Shown: positions 35,819 to 46,378, counted from the first letter of the stretch. The stretch: 64,000 bases of DNA from Candidatus Acidiferrales bacterium (GCA_035534035.1 DATLSS010000025.1:4054-68053); one strand, 5' to 3'. Numbers and translations are program-made. Notes: generated by a model from the letters alone, not told the origin.

Positions 35819-36688
35819 TCATGCACGCGCGCGACTAGCGGCGGCAATGGCGTCGGCTATTTTGGCGACTTGCGCCATTTCGGCAACATCATGGACGCGA
35901 ACGATGTGCGCGCAGCCGAAGATGCTGGCCGCGACCGTTGCGGCGGTGCCCCAGATGCGCTCTTCTGCTGCGACATTGCCGAGAGTGTGGCCGATGAATG
36001 CCTTTCGCGATGTGCCGACAAGCAACGGATAACCCAAGCGCGCGAGTTCGGGCAAACGTGCCAGTAGTTCGAAATTTTGCGCGTAGTTTTTGCCGAAGCC
36101 GATGCCGGGGTCGAGAACAATTTGAGATTTGGCGATTCCGAAGCGCTTCGCGCGCGCCAATGCTTCGCGTAAGCCGTGCGTCACATCGCGCAGAACGTTG
36201 CGCGCGAACGGTCCTTGTTGCATGGTTCGCGGCGCGCCGCGCATGTGCGTCAGGATTATCGGCAGGCGATGCCTGCGGGCGACTTTCGCGAGTTCCGGAT
36301 CAGAACGCAGGGCGCTGACATCATTAATGATTTCGGCGCCGGCCTGGGCTGCAGCCTCGGCGACTTCCGCCTTTTGGGTGTCAATGGAAATGGGAATTGT
36401 CAGCCGCCCGCGCAGTTGATTGAGCACCGGCAGAATGCGATCGAGTTCTTGCTGAGCGGAAACGCAGCGCGAGCCGGGCCGCGTGGATTCGCCGCCGATG
36501 TCGAGGATATCCGCGCCGGCACGTTCCATTTGAAACGCGTGCTCGATGGCCCGGCCCCCATCGAGAAATTGGCCTCCATCGGAGAAGCTGTCGGGTGTGA
36601 CATTAAGGATGCCCATGATGAGCGTGCGCTCGCCGAGCGCGAGCTTGCGGGATGGCAAGCGCAATGTGAACGTCTTGCGGCGAATCAT
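35819..36688 (-). CDS. folP: Dihydropteroate synthase
   Basis: Contains MGILNVTPDSFSDGG, DIGGESTRPG and GTSRK. I use the internal ATG 36688. The longest ORF (36880) overlaps the VWA gene. Confidence 0.88.
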   Translation of the reverse strand: MIRRKTFTLRLPSRKLALGERTLIMGILNVTPDSFSDGGQFLDGGRAIEHAFQMERAGADILDIGGESTRPGSRCVSAQQELDRILPVLNQLRGRLTIPISIDTQKAEVAEAAAQAGAEIINDVSALRSDPELAKVARRHRLPIILTHMRGAPRTMQQGPFARNVLRDVTHGLREALARAKRFGIAKSQIVLDPGIGFGKNYAQNFELLARLPELARLGYPLLVGTSRKAFIGHTLGNVAAEERIWGTAATVAASIFGCAHIVRVHDVAEMAQVAKIADAIAAASRARA

Positions 36689-36789
36689 GGCACTGATTAA
36701 AACACAATCGTCGCCGCGGGCGGAAATCCGGGGCGAAGAAGATGTGCCGGACAATTCTGCAAGTTTGGGCGAATTGTTCGGAAATGAAA

Positions 36790-37968
36790 TTATTGCGAAT
36801 CGGCGGGCGCATAGTACGAGGTGCGATGAACAACACGCACGCTGCCGTGCCCGGAGACTTCCACGCGAAGCGAATGCCAACCGGGCTTTTGGCCTGGGGG
36901 AGGATAGAAGCCGAGCGTGTATTGCGCGCTGAGATTTCGGACGATGTTGCGATAGGCGTCCGCGATGGTGCCCACTTCGTTCAGGAAATAGAGCTGGCCG
37001 CCCGCGCGGCGTACCAACTCAGCAAGAAAATCCGTGTAGGCGGGGATGCCCAGGGTGAGTGCCGCTGGAGTGACGAGAGAGACATTTTGGTGCGCGGCGA
37101 GCCAAGCGGGCGTCATCACGCGAGGCCGATTCTGCGTAGAGATTGCGTAGACTTCGATATTTTGCGAGGCAAGAGCTTTGACCACATCCTCGAACGTCGC
37201 GCGATTTGACGGGTCGCCACGCCGCGCCCAGACGCCTTGGCCATCTAAATTCAGTCCAAGGCCGCTATCCTGTCCGTCAGTGAGCAAGACGATGGCTTTA
37301 CGCCCGGTGCGGCCGGGGAAAAGCTCGTTGGCTGCAAGATACACGGAACGATAAATATTCGAGCCGCCCGTATCCCCAAATAGTCTGCGGACGTCGACGC
37401 CCGCAACGGCTTTCGTTAAGAGCTTCCTGTCGCGGGAAAAGGGCAGCAAGAGATACGTGTGTTCGGAGAAATCGACGACAGCGACTTCGTCCACAGGGGA
37501 GAGATTTGCGATCAGTTGCCGCGCGGCAAGGTTCATTGTCTCGGAATCGGGGAGGACGCTGGGGCTGGCGTCGAGGATCAAGGCGATACTTGCGCCTTCC
37601 GCGGACGAATCGAAATGCTCGATGGGCTGCTCGACCCCGTCTTCGAAAACGCGAAAATCCCGCTCGACGAGGCCGCGCAGCGGTGTGCCGTCCGGCGCGA
37701 AAACGTTGCAACCGACTTCAACAAGGTTCACGCGAACGCGGAGCGTCGCTCGAGCACGGTGTGACGGATTTTCGTCCGCGCCCGGGCTGCTGCCCATGTG
37801 GCGAAAAACGAGTTCGCCTGTTTTGGGATTGCGCTCGCTGCGAACGCCTTTGTCCATCTGCGCCGGACGAGGAAGCTTTTCCTTTTTCTGCGCAAAAGAA
37901 GGTGCGGCAAGAAGCAGAGTGATTCCAAAAAAGAAAACAAGGAGGGCGCGCGCGTGAAAACGCTTCAT
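36790..37968 (-). CDS. Exported VWA-domain protein
   Basis: Has a signal peptide (MKRFHARALLVFFFGITLLLAAPSFAQ) and a MIDAS-like motif (ALILDASPS...TDGQDSG). Confidence 0.75.
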   Translation of the reverse strand: MKRFHARALLVFFFGITLLLAAPSFAQKKEKLPRPAQMDKGVRSERNPKTGELVFRHMGSSPGADENPSHRARATLRVRVNLVEVGCNVFAPDGTPLRGLVERDFRVFEDGVEQPIEHFDSSAEGASIALILDASPSVLPDSETMNLAARQLIANLSPVDEVAVVDFSEHTYLLLPFSRDRKLLTKAVAGVDVRRLFGDTGGSNIYRSVYLAANELFPGRTGRKAIVLLTDGQDSGLGLNLDGQGVWARRGDPSNRATFEDVVKALASQNIEVYAISTQNRPRVMTPAWLAAHQNVSLVTPAALTLGIPAYTDFLAELVRRAGGQLYFLNEVGTIADAYRNIVRNLSAQYTLGFYPPPGQKPGWHSLRVEVSGHGSVRVVHRTSYYAPADSQ

Positions 37969-38011
37969 GGCCTGAGTCTATGCCTGGCGCGCGATCGAGT
38001 GGAAGGCGAGT

Positions 38012-38320
38012 TCAATCCAGATCAAAATCGCGAATTGGTTTTTCAATAGGCTTATCTTTGGCTTTCTTCAAGCCCTCGGCAAATTTTCGTGCAAGAACAT
38101 CTTCCTTCGTGCGCTCCGCTTCCACGGATTGCCGGAACTTCGCCTCCACACGCTCAGCCTGTTCCTTGAGCAAGCGCGCGGTGTCGTCGAGATCGACGGA
38201 CGGCGGCGGTTTCGGCGGCGGAATGTGCGAGAGCACGACGCCGAGTTCAGGGTCAATCGTCAGCTTGGCCTGGCAGCAGGGGCAATCGACTGCGATCGAG
38301 GAGGGTGGCTTGTGCGTCAT
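38012..38320 (-). CDS. Small zinc-ribbon protein (102 aa)
   Basis: Has CPCC near the N-terminus followed by a Pro-rich linker and a charged helical tail. The function is unknown. Confidence 0.5.
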   Translation of the reverse strand: MTHKPPSSIAVDCPCCQAKLTIDPELGVVLSHIPPPKPPPSVDLDDTARLLKEQAERVEAKFRQSVEAERTKEDVLARKFAEGLKKAKDKPIEKPIRDFDLD

Positions 38321-38391
38321 GCGGGTATTTTACGACATTTGGCGCAAACAGGCGCTTTTCATGTGCCGGCGAACGGTGCCACAAAATTGCT

Positions 38392-40332
<1,941 letters not shown>

Positions 40333-40371
40333 CGTTTTACCTCACCCTCCGGAGCCCGTGGCCTTCCAGGA

Positions 40372-40944
40372 TTAGGAACGTTTTGTGCGCCTGCGCGTTT
40401 GCCCTTTAGCGCGCTTCATTTCGGCCTGTCGAACTTCGCTCACGGTCCCCACGTACGGCAGGTTGCGATACAGGCCACCGCGGCCCGCCAGGCCATAACC
40501 CACCCAATACTTAGATGCAGAATCGAAGCCTACGTATGTGGCGCGCAGGCTCACTCTGCGATCGCGGGGCTTGTCGAACAATACGGCCAAATTCAGAGAG
40601 CGCGGCTGGCATTCCTCCAGGCGTTTCCACAAAAAGTCCTGAGGCACTCCCGTATGCAGCACCGCGTCGACCAGCAAAACGTCGCGCCCTTCGAGCTTGG
40701 GAGGCGTCGAGAAGAAAACCTCGGGCCTGCTAAAACCTCCAAGATCCACTTGCCGCAGCTCAGACCTTACAAAATGGCAAACGACCGGCTGCGAAATTTC
40801 CCGTACCAAATCCGCCGCGAACAAAAAAGAATTCTCGAGGATCGTCACCACATGCAGAGTGCGATCGCTGTAATCTTTTGAGATCGCCCGGCCCATCTGA
40901 GCCACACGAGTGGCCAGTTGTTTACGGGAGTATGCGACCTTCAC
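40372..40944 (-). CDS. hpt: Hypoxanthine phosphoribosyltransferase-like protein with a degenerate PRPP loop
   Basis: HPRT-like throughout (SR.QL..RV..MGR.IS.DY, LFDKP, VGYGL, LPYVG), but the PRPP loop reads VLLVDAVLHTG instead of VLIVEDIIDSG. The start is GTG 40944 (GAGG 5 nt upstream) or TTG 40971 (a 20-nt overlap with tilS). Confidence 0.7.
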   Translation of the reverse strand: MKVAYSRKQLATRVAQMGRAISKDYSDRTLHVVTILENSFLFAADLVREISQPVVCHFVRSELRQVDLGGFSRPEVFFSTPPKLEGRDVLLVDAVLHTGVPQDFLWKRLEECQPRSLNLAVLFDKPRDRRVSLRATYVGFDSASKYWVGYGLAGRGGLYRNLPYVGTVSEVRQAEMKRAKGQTRRRTKRS

Positions 40945-40951
40945 GCCGACC

Positions 40952-42439
40952 TCAAGGAACGTCCTCGACAATCCATAGGCCGGTTCGCGTGGCGTTTATT
41001 ACCGAGAATTCCTCTGCCACAGGCATCCGATCCGCCCAAGCGACGCGTCCCGCACTCGTCAGGACGGGCCACAGGGCTCTTTCGGTCAAACCAACACGGA
41101 CCCGGATGAACATGCGCGCGAGCTTGCGGGTCTGCCGCCGACCGCAAGGTCGATACGCATCGCCGGGATTCCAGTTCCGAAGTACCAGCGGCGCGAGAAG
41201 CCGCTCCGCGTCCAGAACCACACCTTCCTGCTTAGTGTCGCGCTCCGCCTTGGGCCAGTCAACCACTTTCAAATGGAAGGAGCGCCCAAGTTCCGGAATG
41301 GAAATAGCAGTCGAACCGGTGCTCGGGACTTTCACTTCATAATGATAAGGGTGAACTGCCGGCGAAATTTTTTGTCTTGCCCCGGGACGGTCGGGGCTAT
41401 CGGTACGGACCGGTCGGGAGAAAAGCAGCCTGCCGAACTCATGTTCGACCGTGACGCTTCCGGGAAGCTCCAATTTACGGCCGCTCGAGCCATGCGCGGC
41501 TAATCGGATCACCTGCTCGACGTGATTTCGGGAGAGTTGGCCCTTCCCATCGACTGATTGGGCGTGTAAACGGCGCACGAGGCGCTGCGTTAGCGCCCGG
41601 CACGGATTCGGTTTGGCACGGTTCTCGCGAGACAAGGCTGCGATGGGCGAAAGGAGCGAATCGACATCCACCCAAAATCCCTTTCGGTTGCGCGAGACAA
41701 GTTGCTCATAGCGTTCTTCGACAAGCGCGGACCAGAATGCTTCGTCGTCCTGAGCCAGAGATGCCAAATCGCACAACCGCTGTACGATAGACGGCGAGAA
41801 ATTCTGCTCGAACTCGGGCAATAAACGGTGACGCACGCGCGCACGGAGCCGCCGCATGTCGCGATTGGTAGCGTCTTCGCGCCAATCTTGCCGACGCTCA
41901 GCGAGAAACGTGCGAAGGTCCTTGCGGCGGACGTCAATAAGCGGACGGATGATTTTGCCGCGGATCGGATAAACGGAAGAGAGGCCCGCGAGTCCTGTTC
42001 CGCGAATAACACGTGCAAGGACCGTTTCGGCTTGATCATCGGCGGTGTGGGCGGTGGCAACCCAATCCGCCATGCCCCGCGAAATAACTGTATCGAAAAA
42101 CTTATAGCGGAGGCGCCGCGCTGCATCTTCCAGGTTCCATCGTTTCTGCTTGGCAATCGCGTCAACGTCCGCGGTTTCGGTGTGGCATTGCATGCCGCGA
42201 GCGCTTGCCACGGATTTCACGAAAGTTTCATCGCCGTCTGATTCCGCGGCGCGAAGCCGATGATTGAAATGCAGGGCGCAGAGGCTGATGCCCAATTCGT
42301 CGCGCAACTCTTCAAAGAGGCGCAAAAGCGCGATCGAGTCAGCGCCTCCCGAGACTGCCAAACCGAGTCTGTCCCCTGGGCGCAGCATTTGGCGGCGCTC
42401 GATGGTATTCCGGACAACCCATTGAATCGGAGTCTTCAT
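40952..42439 (-). CDS. tilS: tRNA(Ile)-lysidine synthase
   Basis: Has the PP-loop LAVSGGADSIALL and sits in the conserved tilS-hpt-ftsH order. Confidence 0.9.
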   Translation of the reverse strand: MKTPIQWVVRNTIERRQMLRPGDRLGLAVSGGADSIALLRLFEELRDELGISLCALHFNHRLRAAESDGDETFVKSVASARGMQCHTETADVDAIAKQKRWNLEDAARRLRYKFFDTVISRGMADWVATAHTADDQAETVLARVIRGTGLAGLSSVYPIRGKIIRPLIDVRRKDLRTFLAERRQDWREDATNRDMRRLRARVRHRLLPEFEQNFSPSIVQRLCDLASLAQDDEAFWSALVEERYEQLVSRNRKGFWVDVDSLLSPIAALSRENRAKPNPCRALTQRLVRRLHAQSVDGKGQLSRNHVEQVIRLAAHGSSGRKLELPGSVTVEHEFGRLLFSRPVRTDSPDRPGARQKISPAVHPYHYEVKVPSTGSTAISIPELGRSFHLKVVDWPKAERDTKQEGVVLDAERLLAPLVLRNWNPGDAYRPCGRRQTRKLARMFIRVRVGLTERALWPVLTSAGRVAWADRMPVAEEFSVINATRTGLWIVEDVP

Positions 42440-42492
42440 GGGAGGAGTGGCTGGCGGAGATATCTTAGCAGGAGGAGGAAACGGCGTACAGA

Positions 42493-42535
42493 TGTCTAGG
42501 AATTGGTGTCTAGGATATTGGTGTCTAGGAATTGG
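42493..42535. repeat. Three tandem 14/15/14-bp direct repeats (tgtctagga[a/ta]ttgg)
   Basis: Read directly from the sequence. They are flanked by the 8-bp inverted repeat cagatgtc (42489-42496) / gacatctg (42535-42542). Confidence 0.85.
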
Positions 42536-42932
42536 ACATCTGCTGGGCGAGCAAATCGCGACTGTGGGCGATGCGGCGGTCGAGCGCGACCGCTACGAAA
42601 TATGCGCAGTCCGCCCGTTCGCGCTCGGCCCACGAAGTAACGCGCGGTGCGAGCGTGCGCGCGGCGGAACGCAGAGCGCTCATCATCCAATAGTAGACGC
42701 CCACTACTTTCAGATCCGTTTGATCGTCGCCTTTTTGAGGACATAGGCGAATAAGCTGCACGAGCTGCCCGAATTGATCGCTGCTCACGTTCTGTCCTTC
42801 TATTCCCACGACTTCGCGCACTTGCTCGGAAAGGTCTGACTTTCGATACGCGGCGATGATCGAACGCGAGTATGAGACGAAGAATTGCAGGAACACTGCA
42901 ACGGAGATCACGCAAATAAGCGCGGCAATCAT
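42525..42932 (-). CDS. Hypothetical single-pass membrane protein (135 aa)
   Basis: Has an N-terminal TM helix (MIAALICVISVAVFLQFFV). Its ATG overlaps the stop of the upstream 7-TM gene (ATGA at 42929-42932). Confidence 0.55.
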   Translation of the reverse strand: MIAALICVISVAVFLQFFVSYSRSIIAAYRKSDLSEQVREVVGIEGQNVSSDQFGQLVQLIRLCPQKGDDQTDLKVVGVYYWMMSALRSAARTLAPRVTSWAERERADCAYFVAVALDRRIAHSRDLLAQQMSNS

Positions 42933-43651
42933 GAGTGTTGATGCGCCGCGATTCGCGGCAAGGCCACGCGAGCTGTTTCGAGGCGCGCGTCTTCAGAGAT
43001 TTTCGTGAAGGTATAGGCCCATGCCAGAGGCAAAAACGTGCCCGCGAGCGGAGGCACCCACTTCAAGAAGTTCGCTTCAAGACCCGGGAACAGATTGCGC
43101 AGCGCATAACAGGCCGCGTCCGCGCTAAAGAAAATACCGAGCGCGAGCACAAGCTGAATCAGCCGCGTTCGTGTTTCCCGCAGCTTCACGACGGCGCCCC
43201 AGAGCAAATATGTCAGCACCACCCCGACGAAATACAAGTTTTGACTCATCTCGACAACGAAACGGCTTGTGAGGTTGTGGCTTGGCATTTGCCGAACAAC
43301 CAGATAGGAAAATAGAGCCGTGGCGGAGAGGAGAAAAAAGGACGCCCACCGTACGTACCTGCCGACTCCCATCTGACGGAACACCTGCTGGTAAAAACTC
43401 ATGATGACAAAGAAGAGTGAAATCGTGAGGAGGGCATCCGTATAGTAGTACATGTAGGCGTATACGGGTGACGCAACACCAAAATGTTGCAGGACAACAA
43501 CCTGCGCCACGGTAACGCCCGCAGCCGCCAACATATAGATATTCAAAGACAAATAGAGGAAATGCTTCTTCGACGCGCAGAGACAAACCACAACGTAGAC
43601 CTCAGCCATCAAGCCGAGGACGATGAGCGCGTAATCAAACGGACCAAGCAT
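42929..43651 (-). CDS. Hypothetical 7-TM integral membrane protein (240 aa)
   Basis: I read seven hydrophobic segments of about 20 aa by eye. There is no soluble domain and no motif I recognise. Confidence 0.55.
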   Translation of the reverse strand: MLGPFDYALIVLGLMAEVYVVVCLCASKKHFLYLSLNIYMLAAAGVTVAQVVVLQHFGVASPVYAYMYYYTDALLTISLFFVIMSFYQQVFRQMGVGRYVRWASFFLLSATALFSYLVVRQMPSHNLTSRFVVEMSQNLYFVGVVLTYLLWGAVVKLRETRTRLIQLVLALGIFFSADAACYALRNLFPGLEANFLKWVPPLAGTFLPLAWAYTFTKISEDARLETARVALPRIAAHQHS

Positions 43652-43704
43652 AGTCTCTTTTTCTGAGGCCTGGCCGTTAGCGACTGCCTTGCGAGAAGGA
43701 AGCT

Positions 43705-43893
43705 TTACTTCCCGTCAGGCATCACTGGCACTGGAGCACTGGTGCTTGCTACCAGTTCAGGCATCACGGGTACTGGTGCGCTTGTGCTCGCCACCGTACG
43801 ACGTGTGGTCTGAGTAGCAGTCAAGTTGCGAAGTCCAACTGCACTCGCCAGTACCAACAGCACCAAAACCACCAACATCATCCACCTGTTCAT
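43705..43893 (-). CDS. Small exported/membrane-anchored peptide (62 aa) with a 12-aa tandem repeat
   Basis: Has GGGGAG 5 nt upstream of the ATG and an N-terminal hydrophobic helix (MNRWMMLVVLVLLVLASAVGL). VASTSAPVPVMP occurs twice. The two DNA copies differ at 7 positions, all synonymous. Confidence 0.7.
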   Translation of the reverse strand: MNRWMMLVVLVLLVLASAVGLRNLTATQTTRRTVASTSAPVPVMPELVASTSAPVPVMPDGK

Positions 43894-44253
43894 AGGAACT
43901 CCCCAAGTTTGAGTAACTTGGGGATTCTAGGTGGTTTGGTGCCGTCAAGGGGGAAAAGTTTAGGCCTGTGCCTAAACGGTACACCCCTACGTCCCTGGAT
44001 CTAGCCAGAGGCCTCGATTCAATTGTCGATCGCGAGCATAGCGGCTCGGGTGAAACATGTAAATGGTACCTTCGTACTTCCGAAAATAGGACTCTGTGTC
44101 GCCGAGTCTTATCGGTTCGATGCCGCGAAATTCCGAATGAGATATAAGGCGCTCGAATTTTTCGATTTGCAATTTACTGCACCGGCCTTTTTTTGCGGAC
44201 GCCCTCCGCGCGACTGCGGCAGCTCGCATCTCGGTGTAGAATGACCTCCAGTC

Positions 44254-45828
44254 ATGACCCACTCCACGCACCCGCCCCCGATGGAATCGGTCAAAACCGC
44301 GGCTCCGCGCGTCACTTTGCGGAATGCGTTCGCGCATCCATACGACTCGGCAATTGCCGCGGCGCGCACGTGCTATTCGCCACGCATCATCGCGCCGGAG
44401 GAAATTACGGAGAAGCAGCGCATCAATATTGGTGCGGCCACTTTCTATAGTGGCCATCACACTGTTTATCAGCACGCGCATTTTGAGTTTGGTCTGGAAA
44501 ACGTAAGCCGGCAGTTTGTGTGGTCGTTTCTGCACGCGCATCCCTTTTATAATTCCGAGCAGCAGAGCCAGCGCTACGTCCGGCTCGATCGTGCGAACGC
44601 GTACATTCCGCCGGAGGACGAGCATTTCTGTGTCGCGGATCGTACGATTTACGAGCGTGCGATCGCACGGGCTTGGTCGTATTACCGCGAACTCGCTGGC
44701 GTGCTCGAGCCGGAAGCCAGCAGGATCCTCGGTGAGATTTGGCACATCGGCCCGCTGTCGCACGTGCGCCGCATCGAGAAGGTCAAGCGCGCCGCCGAGA
44801 AGCGCGCGATCGAGATCGCGCGTTACGTCCTGCCCGTCGCGGCATTCACGACGATGGTGCACACGCTTTCGGGAATCGTGTTGCACCGCCTGCGGCGCAT
44901 GCAGGCTGCGTGTGACACGCCTTCGGAGTCGCGGGCGGTTGTTCAGGCCATGGTCGAGCGCGTTCGCGAAGCCGATCCGCAGTTTTTCGACCGTTTCGAG
45001 ACCGAGCCGATGGAGGATTTGCCCGAATGGTCGGCTGCAAAAAATATCCCGGAGGGCGAAAAATTCGCAGCGGAATTTGATTCACGGCTTAACGGCCGCA
45101 GTTCAGAACTTGCCGACTATTCGCCGCGTGCCCTTCAGATGGTTGCCGCCGCCTATCGCGCCGTAGTTGGCGTGACGGAAAAGGATTGTCCTGACGCGGA
45201 AGCGATTGACCGGCTGCTGAATCCCGCGCGCAATCCGTATCGCCATGAAACGCTGAACATCGGAGTTCATGCACCGATGATGCGCGCGCTGCAGCACGCG
45301 AATTTCACGTTTGCCAAGAAAATCAGCCATACGGCTGACAGTCAAGACCAGCGCCATCGAATGATTCCCGGCTCGCGGCCCATCTTGACGCTGGCCGATA
45401 CACGTACGCCCGATTACATTACGCCAATGCTTATCCGGGAGAATGCCGGCGCCCGCGAAATTTATGAAGCCGCGATGGCGGAAGCTTGGACCGCGAAAAA
45501 TGAATTGCTCGATCGCGGCGTGCCGGCGGAAATTGCGTTGTACCTTCTGCCGAATGCTAAATCGATTCGGCTGGTCGAATCGGGTTCATTGCTTCACCTC
45601 CTTCATAAATGGACCATGCGTACTTGTTTCAACGCGCAGGAAGAGATTTATCAGTCCTCGATGGAGGAAGTGGCGCAAGTGCGCGCGGTGTTTCCCGAGC
45701 TCGGCCGCTACATCGGCCCGCCGTGCCATCTCCGCGCCGGCACGACCACGCCTATTTGCACCGAAGGCTCGCATTTCTGCGGCGTCAAAGTCTGGCAGGA
45801 TTTTCCCAACATCCAGCGGCGCATATGA
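44254..45828 (+). CDS. thyX: Tandem-domain ThyX-like protein (FAD-dependent thymidylate synthase family)
   Basis: Contains two ThyX-like halves. Half 1 has GHHTVYQHAHFEFGLENVSRQF...LHAHPFYNSEQQSQRYV...ARYVLP. Half 2 has ALQHANFTFAKKISHTADSQDQRHRMIPGS...ALYLLPNA...LHKWTMRTCFNAQEEI. Confidence 0.7.
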   Translation: MTHSTHPPPMESVKTAAPRVTLRNAFAHPYDSAIAAARTCYSPRIIAPEEITEKQRINIGAATFYSGHHTVYQHAHFEFGLENVSRQFVWSFLHAHPFYNSEQQSQRYVRLDRANAYIPPEDEHFCVADRTIYERAIARAWSYYRELAGVLEPEASRILGEIWHIGPLSHVRRIEKVKRAAEKRAIEIARYVLPVAAFTTMVHTLSGIVLHRLRRMQAACDTPSESRAVVQAMVERVREADPQFFDRFETEPMEDLPEWSAAKNIPEGEKFAAEFDSRLNGRSSELADYSPRALQMVAAAYRAVVGVTEKDCPDAEAIDRLLNPARNPYRHETLNIGVHAPMMRALQHANFTFAKKISHTADSQDQRHRMIPGSRPILTLADTRTPDYITPMLIRENAGAREIYEAAMAEAWTAKNELLDRGVPAEIALYLLPNAKSIRLVESGSLLHLLHKWTMRTCFNAQEEIYQSSMEEVAQVRAVFPELGRYIGPPCHLRAGTTTPICTEGSHFCGVKVWQDFPNIQRRI

Positions 45829-46313
45829 CCCGCCAGGGCAGCCTGGCGTATTACCTGGCCGCGTGGGTCTGCGGAAGTTTCTTTATGAGCCTTGCTATTT
45901 GGTTGAAGGATCTCGCGGGTCCCGCCGTCGGCTTTATTTCGTTTCGCAGCGCTTTCGGGCTTTTCATTTTTTATTTTTACGGACTTTTGTTGGGTATTGC
46001 AGCGGCGCTCGTGGGCGGTTTGCTTCTTCGGCGGATGGCGGTGCTCGCAAAATTCCATGCCGCATGGCAGTGGGTGTTGACCGGCGCCATCGTCGCGCCT
46101 GTGTTGATGCTGATTCTTGGCTCTTTTGCGAAGAGCGCGGCCATTCAGCAGACACCCCTTCCCGGATGGCTCAACTTGATTTCGTTCGGCCCTTCCGTTG
46201 TGCTCGAGGCTGGTTTGTGGCTGGCTGCGCCGGCTGGCGCGGCGACGGCGTGGGTGCTATATCGTGTTCATCGCGCGTTCGCCATGCCCGCCGAGGGAAC
46301 GGGCGGGAACTAG
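45825..46313 (+). CDS. Hypothetical multi-pass membrane protein (162 aa)
   Basis: Its ATG overlaps the thyX-like stop (ATGA at 45825-45828). It has four to five hydrophobic helices. Confidence 0.5.
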   Translation: MTRQGSLAYYLAAWVCGSFFMSLAIWLKDLAGPAVGFISFRSAFGLFIFYFYGLLLGIAAALVGGLLLRRMAVLAKFHAAWQWVLTGAIVAPVLMLILGSFAKSAAIQQTPLPGWLNLISFGPSVVLEAGLWLAAPAGAATAWVLYRVHRAFAMPAEGTGGN

Positions 46314-46378
46314 ACCGGCGTCGGCTTTGCATGTTTCGCATCTTTTGCATCTAAGCCGAGTACACCGCGGGAGGGGCC

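Noticed and set aside
43987-44886. A 299-aa minus-strand ORF overlapping the thyX-like gene and its upstream region.
   Set aside because: It is antisense to the ThyX-motif-bearing frame. It is very Arg-rich and has no motif.
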